64,000 nt of DNA from an uncultured Mycoplasmatota bacterium (lineage in GTDB: Bacteria; Bacillota_I; Bacilli_A; RF39; UBA660). Within the stretch, counting starts at the first letter, position 1, and every line of letters begins with the position of its first letter. This document shows positions 59,001 through 64,000 of this stretch, one piece after another. The stretch is from NCBI GenBank assembly GCA_900542735.1, contig UQOS01000001.1, positions 50,865-114,864 of the forward strand, given 5' to 3'. The notes under the pieces were generated by a model, which saw only the letters and a program-made list of their open reading frames with translations, was not told the DNA's origin and did no database searches. Position numbers and translations under genes: made by a program.

Positions 59001-59493
59001 GTTCACTGCTAAAGGAAAAGAAGTTGCTAAAAAAGACTTAGCTAAAATTGCTTTAACTTACCCTCATGTATATGTTGGAAGTATCGCTATGGGAGCTAAT
59101 ATGCAACATACTATAAAAATCTTAAAAGAAGCAGAAAATTATAATGGACCATCTATTGTTTTAGCCTATGCACCATGTATTTCCCAAGGTATATTAACAG
59201 GAATGGAATCTACGATTCAAGAAGAAAAGAAAGCAGTAGAAACAGGTTATTATCCATTATTTCACTATAATCCTGATACCAAAGAATTTAAATTAGATGC
59301 CAAAGCTGATTTTAGTAGATATTTTGAATTTATTGCTGGAGAAGATCGCTATCGTATGTTAAAGAAGATTAATCCTGATAAATACCATGAGTTATTAGAA
59401 GAAAATCGTATCAATGCTATTGAAAGATATAATTATTATGTTGGTTTAGAAGAACAATCTGAAAAACAAAAAAAAGAGGAGACTGATAAATAG
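56044..59493 (+). CDS. nifJ: Pyruvate:ferredoxin (flavodoxin) oxidoreductase
   Basis: 1149 aa. N-terminal [36 protein letters not shown], two ferredoxin-type cluster motifs ([14 protein letters not shown] and [13 protein letters not shown]), and the TPP-binding region [13 protein letters not shown]. Confidence 0.95.
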   Translation: [1149 protein letters not shown]

Positions 59494-59508
59494 TCTTCTC
59501 TTTTAAAT
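59479..59508. terminator. Rho-independent terminator overlapping the nifJ stop, followed by a second hairpin at 59518-59545
   Basis: AGAGGAGACT-gataaat-AGTCTTCTCT followed by TTTT, then GAGGCTAT-acccctgaagg-ATAGCCTC. Confidence 0.5.
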
Positions 59509-59772
59509 AACTAATTTGAGGCTATACCCCCTGAAGGATAGCCTCATAAAAAGAATAAAAAGGGGTTGGCTAGTGTGATACTAGCGACCAATTCGCCATA
59601 ACCGAATTGGTGATACTTATACTAATCTAAAAGTGTTGATTTGTCAACAATTTTTTGATTTTTTTGATATTCAAAACCTGTTTTAAAAAAAATACTCCTT
59701 TTAGTTTTCTAATTTTTTCTTTGAGAAGAAGTAAATTTATGGTATAATATGCCTAGAAATGAGCGTGGTAGT

Positions 59773-61770
59773 ATGTTAGATGTCTCAAAAGTAAAAGGAA
59801 TTGGACCTAAATCTCTAATGTTATTAAATAAAATAGGAATCTATACAGTAGATGATTTAGTAACACATTATCCGTTTCGTTATGATGTCTTAACTAGAAG
59901 TGACTTAAAAAATGTAAAGGAAGAAGAAAAGGTAGTTATCGATGGCAAAGTAGAAAGTGTACCTATTCTTTTAAGATTTAAAGCTGGTCTTAATAAGCTC
60001 AATTTTCGTTTAGTAACTACTACTGGTGTAGTTGGTGTTTCTATTTTTAATAGGGCTTTTATGAAAAATAATTTAACGATTGGTACAAATGTTATCGTAA
60101 TTGGAAAGTATGATGCTAAAAAAAATGTAATTACGGCATCTGATATTAAATTTGGACTTCTAACAAATCAAGCTAAAATTGAGCCTGTTTATCATTCAAC
60201 AAGTGGCTTAACCAATAAAAATATGCTAACTTATATCAATACAGCACTACTTATGAATGGCAAAGATATTACAGATTATATTCCTACTTCTTATCAAGAA
60301 AAATATCACTTTTCTAATAAACGCACGGCTTTAAATATCGTTCATAATCCTCCTAGTATTGAAAAACTAAAAGAAGCTCAAATTCGTTTAAAGTATGAAG
60401 AACTTTTTACTTTTATGTTTAAAATTAATTATTTAAAAGAACAGCATAAAAAAGAAAAAACGGGAATTAAGAGAAACTTAACAGAAGAAGATTTAAATAC
60501 TATTATTAGTAAAATACCTTTTGAACTAACGGGTGATCAATTAAAAGCAATTGAAGAAATTAGAAAAGATTTAAACTCATCTTCTAGAATGAACCGTATC
60601 TTACAGGGTGATGTTGGTAGTGGTAAAACAATTGTAGGAATACTAGCGATGTATTTAAATTATTTAAGTGGCTATCAAAGTGCTTTAATGTCACCAACTG
60701 AAATACTAGCAATTCAACATTATAATAATATAAAATCATTACTAAAAGATACAAAAATAAATGTAGAATTATTAGTTGGTTCTCAAACAAAAAAAGAAAA
60801 GCAAGCAATTTATAAAGAATTAGAATCTGGTAATATTGATATGATTGTTGGTACACACGCTTTAATTCAAGAAGAAGTAAAATATAAAGATTTGGGATTA
60901 GTAATTACAGATGAACAACATCGTTTTGGCGTAAATCAAAGAGCACTATTAAATAATAAAGGTACTATGCCTGATGTTTTATATATGAGTGCAACTCCTA
61001 TTCCTAGAACTTATGCTTTAACAATTTATGGTGATATGGATGTATCGATTATTAAGGAAATGCCAAAGGGAAGAATTCCTGTTAAAACCTATGTCAAAAA
61101 AGATACTGAAATCAAAGATGTTTTAGAATTAATGTATGAAGAATTAAAGGAAAAACATCAAATTTATGTAATAGCACCTCTAATTGAAGAAAGTGAGAAT
61201 TCAGATTTAACGAATGTTATTGAACTAAGAGATAAAATGAATTTAGCATTTGGTAGCAAGTACGATATTGATATTGTTCATGGTAAAATGGCAACTGCTG
61301 CTAAGGATTTAATTATGAATGAGTTTAAACAAAATAAGATTCAAATTTTAATTAGTACCACAGTAATAGAGGTAGGAGTAGATGTTCCAAATGCTTCCAT
61401 GATAGTAATATTTGATGCTAATCGTTTTGGATTATCTACACTTCATCAATTAAGAGGAAGAGTAGGTCGTGGTAGTATTGCTTCTAAATGTATTTTAATT
61501 AGTAATAGTGATACCAAGCGTTTAGAAATTATGGAGCACACAAATGATGGCTTTGAGATTAGTGAAGAGGACTTCAAATTAAGGGGCCATGGTGACTTAT
61601 TTGGCACAAAACAAAGTGGAGATATGACCTTTAAAATAGCTAGTATTAAACAAGATTATAAGATTTTAATGCAAGCAAAGAAAGATTCTTTAGAGTATTT
61701 AGAAGATAATAATTCTAATAAGGAAGAGTTAAAAATAGCTCTCATTGATTCCATTAATAATAATTCTTAA
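59773..61770 (+). CDS. recG: ATP-dependent DNA helicase RecG
   Basis: N-terminal VKGIGPK, helicase motif I GDVGSGKT, DEAH box ITDEQHRFG, motif VI QLRGRVGRG. Most likely start is the ATG at 59773 (MLDVSKVKGIGPK). Confidence 0.9.
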   Translation: MLDVSKVKGIGPKSLMLLNKIGIYTVDDLVTHYPFRYDVLTRSDLKNVKEEEKVVIDGKVESVPILLRFKAGLNKLNFRLVTTTGVVGVSIFNRAFMKNNLTIGTNVIVIGKYDAKKNVITASDIKFGLLTNQAKIEPVYHSTSGLTNKNMLTYINTALLMNGKDITDYIPTSYQEKYHFSNKRTALNIVHNPPSIEKLKEAQIRLKYEELFTFMFKINYLKEQHKKEKTGIKRNLTEEDLNTIISKIPFELTGDQLKAIEEIRKDLNSSSRMNRILQGDVGSGKTIVGILAMYLNYLSGYQSALMSPTEILAIQHYNNIKSLLKDTKINVELLVGSQTKKEKQAIYKELESGNIDMIVGTHALIQEEVKYKDLGLVITDEQHRFGVNQRALLNNKGTMPDVLYMSATPIPRTYALTIYGDMDVSIIKEMPKGRIPVKTYVKKDTEIKDVLELMYEELKEKHQIYVIAPLIEESENSDLTNVIELRDKMNLAFGSKYDIDIVHGKMATAAKDLIMNEFKQNKIQILISTTVIEVGVDVPNASMIVIFDANRFGLSTLHQLRGRVGRGSIASKCILISNSDTKRLEIMEHTNDGFEISEEDFKLRGHGDLFGTKQSGDMTFKIASIKQDYKILMQAKKDSLEYLEDNNSNKEELKIALIDSINNNS

Positions 61771-61785
61771 AATCCGTAAAAATTA

Positions 61786-61814
61786 TTGACTTATAGATTA
61801 GAATATTATATTAT
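61786..61814 (+). promoter_or_regulatory. Sigma-A-type promoter (TTGACT-17-TATTAT) in the recG-abiE intergenic region
   Basis: -35 TTGACT at 61786-61791, a 17-nt spacer, and -10 TATTAT at 61809-61814. No ORF follows, but a terminator lies about 100 nt downstream. Confidence 0.4.
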
Positions 61815-61821
61815 TAAAATG

Positions 61822-61920
61822 CGTGAGGATAAATCTTACGCAAACGGTGGCTCTTACGAACTAAAGTGTGAGAGCAATTCAACCAAAACCCCCTGAAGAG
61901 GCCGAAAGGCCTCATTTTTG
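61822..61920 (+). ncRNA. Candidate small RNA (about 100 nt) bounded by its own promoter and an intrinsic terminator
   Basis: Promoter at 61786-61814. Internal hairpins TGCGT...ACGCA and GCTCT...AGAGC. Terminator GAGGCC-gaaa-GGCCTC plus TTTTTG at 61898-61920. Confidence 0.3.
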
Positions 61921-62090
61921 TTTATTTTAAAGGATTTGAAGCCCATTAAACTATTTTAGGTACTAAGCTAGGTACGTAAATTTAAAAAAATGCATAAAAA
62001 TTGATGATTTTAGTGCATTGGAAATAAATTTCCAAAAGTAGGTAAAAATACTAAGTTCTGGAAAAATATTTCCAATTCTTTTTAATATCA

Positions 62091-62137
62091 TTTGACAAAA
62101 CTAATGATAAATGTTATAATTTCATTAGATTTGTCAA
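62091..62137 (+). promoter_or_regulatory. Consensus sigma-A promoter (TTGACA-17-TATAAT) embedded in a 16-17-bp imperfect inverted repeat; putative AbiEi operator, copy 2
   Basis: TTTGACAAAACTAATGA-taaatgttataat-TCATTAGATTTGTCAA. The -35 is at 62092-62097 and the -10 at 62115-62120. Same architecture as at 21228-21275. Confidence 0.65.
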
Positions 62138-62149
62138 GGAGGAATATTT

Positions 62150-62776
62150 ATGGAAAGGATGACAATTAAGGAATTTAAAGATCAAAGTAATATTGAAATT
62201 ATAGAATCTATTATGAAAATGAATAATGGATATGTTACTTCAAAAGAACTATCTAATCTTGGAATTCATAGAATGTATCTTAATATTATGAAAGAAAAAG
62301 GTATGATAGAAAAAGTTGGTAATGGTATTTATATTGATTCAAGTAAAATAGAAGATAGCTATTTTGTTTTTGGATTAGAACTTCCTAATATTATATATTC
62401 ACATATGACAGCACTTTATTTTCATGGACTTTCTATTAAAGCTCCAAATGATAAATACGATATAACTGTCCCAAATAATTATTTTAATTATAAAATTAAA
62501 AATCATAATGTCTTTTATGTTGATAAAGATATTTATGAACTGGGACTAATTCAAATTGATACTCCAATGGGTAATAAAGTAAAAGCATATGATATGGAAA
62601 GATGTATCTGTGATATTATTAGATCTAAAAATAGAATGGATTCAGAGCATGTTAAACATAGTATTAGAGAATATGTTAAAAGAAAAGATAAAGATCTAGT
62701 TAAACTATCAAAATATGCTGAAAAACTTGGCGTTAAAAAAGAAGTGATGGATTATGTGGAGGTATTTTATGAATAG
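62150..62776 (+). CDS. abiEi: AbiEi-family antitoxin/transcriptional regulator, copy 2
   Basis: 208 aa with an N-terminal wHTH-like region and a conserved C-terminal domain shared with 21294..22181. RBS AGGAGG upstream. The stop overlaps the start of the AbiEii gene. Confidence 0.8.
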   Translation: MERMTIKEFKDQSNIEIIESIMKMNNGYVTSKELSNLGIHRMYLNIMKEKGMIEKVGNGIYIDSSKIEDSYFVFGLELPNIIYSHMTALYFHGLSIKAPNDKYDITVPNNYFNYKIKNHNVFYVDKDIYELGLIQIDTPMGNKVKAYDMERCICDIIRSKNRMDSEHVKHSIREYVKRKDKDLVKLSKYAEKLGVKKEVMDYVEVFYE

Positions 62777-63605
62777 CATGCAATTAAAAGATAAATTAAG
62801 AAATATTTCTAAAGAAAAGAATGTTGATTTTAATACATTACTTAGACTTTATATGTATGATAGATTTGTTGAAAGATTATCAAAAAGCAAATATAGAGAA
62901 AACTTTATCATAAAAGGTGGATTTTATTTAAGCACACTATTTGGAGTAGAAAATAGAACTACTATGGATATAGATACTGCTTTTAGAAATGCAAATTTTA
63001 ATGAAGATACTATAGTTAAAATGATAAAAGAAATATTATCAATAAAAATAGATGATAACGCTAAACTATTATATTTAGGAATAGCACCGATAAGAGATGA
63101 AGATGAATATGGTGGATTTAGAGTAGATATACAAGTTGAACTTGAAAATGTTAAAGAAAAATTTCATGTTGATATAGCTACAGGTGATCCAATTACCCCA
63201 AAAGAAATAAGATACAAATATATTCCATTACTTGGAGATAATTATATTGATTTATATGCTTATAATATTGAAACAGTATTAGCTGAAAAGATAGAAACAA
63301 TTCTTAGTAGGTCAGAGTTAAATGGTAGAATGAGAGATTTCTATGATGTCTATTTAATTTATACAAAGGATTGGAAGAATATTAATATTGATATTTTTAG
63401 AAAAGCTATTGATAAAACATTTGCTAAAAGAGAATATGTTGGGGAACCATTGATAGCAATAGATATATTAAAAGAAAGTGAATTAATAAGATCAAGATGG
63501 AAAATATATCAAAGAAAATATGAATATGCAAAAGATATAGATTTTGATGATATATTAGATTGTATATTAAAAATGATGGAACAAAGAGATCCTGTATTAG
63601 TTTAA
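62769..63605 (+). CDS. abiEii: AbiEii/AbiGii-family nucleotidyltransferase toxin, copy 2
   Basis: LRNISKEKNVDFNTLLRLYMYDRFVERLSKSKYRENFIIKGGFYLSTLFGVENRTTMDIDTA; a paralog of 22174..23016 with the same order and overlap. ATG at 62769 with RBS GGAGG. Confidence 0.8.
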   Translation: MNSMQLKDKLRNISKEKNVDFNTLLRLYMYDRFVERLSKSKYRENFIIKGGFYLSTLFGVENRTTMDIDTAFRNANFNEDTIVKMIKEILSIKIDDNAKLLYLGIAPIRDEDEYGGFRVDIQVELENVKEKFHVDIATGDPITPKEIRYKYIPLLGDNYIDLYAYNIETVLAEKIETILSRSELNGRMRDFYDVYLIYTKDWKNINIDIFRKAIDKTFAKREYVGEPLIAIDILKESELIRSRWKIYQRKYEYAKDIDFDDILDCILKMMEQRDPVLV

Positions 63606-63738
63606 TAACATATGCAAAATAGCAGACAAAATTCGACAAAATATGATATAATAATTTTAAGAAAAAGGGCGCTAGTACAGGCTTGATTCACAAGTTTTTG
63701 TAGTGGCGTTTTTTAAGTAGTAAAGGAAGTGGCAGTTT

Positions 63739-64000
63739 ATGGAAAATTTTGATAAAGGTTCATTATGGAGAAAATGGGATTTACATGTGCATTCAATAAA
63801 GTCTGCACTTAATAATCAATTCGAAAAAAGTGGAAATGAAATTAATGATGAAGAAAAATATGTTTATGAATTATTTACTAGAGCAATAAAAAACGATGTT
63901 CACGCAATTGGAATTACAGATTATTTTTCAATAGAAGGTTATTCTATGATTAATAAATATATAAACGATGATGATAAATTAAAAAGAATTTTTAAATCTG
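63739..64000 (+). CDS. N-terminal fragment (truncated by the window end) of a PHP-domain protein, possibly the start of a defence-associated ATPase/nuclease
   Basis: KWDLHVHSIKS...VHAIGITDYFS matches PHP-domain motifs I and II (DLHxHS...ITDH-like). The ORF continues beyond position 64000. Confidence 0.45.
   Translation, partial: MENFDKGSLWRKWDLHVHSIKSALNNQFEKSGNEINDEEKYVYELFTRAIKNDVHAIGITDYFSIEGYSMINKYINDDDKLKRIFKS

Noticed and set aside
1-64000. CRISPR arrays, tRNA or rRNA genes
   Set aside because: No regularly spaced direct repeats of 24-40 bp, no cloverleaf-like GC-rich segments of 70-90 nt, and no rRNA-like conserved blocks were seen on inspection.

Overview
This is a low-GC (roughly 27-30%) Gram-positive, Firmicutes-like chromosomal segment. 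Gene order from 5' to 3': a TrmL tRNA methyltransferase and an Rpn-family (PD-(D/E)XK, transposase_31-like) nuclease; a secreted protein with a TasA/camelysin-like N-terminus; a RhuM-Doc/Fic fusion toxin-like gene; a complete sufCDSUB Fe-S assembly operon next to a HIT hydrolase; SSB; an XRE regulator; and pyrimidine-nucleoside phosphorylase. A roughly 34-kb cell-wall polysaccharide locus follows (17.3-51 kb). It carries many GT2/GT4 glycosyltransferases, a TagGH/Wzm-Wzt-type ABC exporter, rfbA plus fdtA/fdtB/fdtC-like genes (dTDP-Fuc3NAc route), galE, Alg14/Alg13-like genes, and three GtrB-like Und-P-sugar synthases with small flippase-like proteins and GT-C membrane proteins. Embedded in or flanking the locus are two paralogous AbiEi/AbiEii type IV toxin-antitoxin (abortive infection) operons, each driven by a consensus sigma-A promoter buried in a palindrome. 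Also present are a candidate thioester-domain/CnaB surface adhesin with its own small sortase, a DUF1016 nuclease, a transposase fragment, a NUDIX hydrolase and a GNAT acetyltransferase. The most striking non-coding feature is a roughly 580-nt, ORF-free, GC-rich island (53.02-53.60 kb) with its own consensus promoter, immediately upstream of a roughly 21-kDa four-TM membrane protein; this matches the OLE RNA/OapA arrangement. The window ends with pyruvate:ferredoxin oxidoreductase (nifJ), recG, a putative small RNA, the second AbiE pair and a truncated PHP-domain gene. No tRNA, rRNA or CRISPR array was seen. All calls rest on reading the translated ORFs and the nucleotide sequence by eye; no database searches were run.
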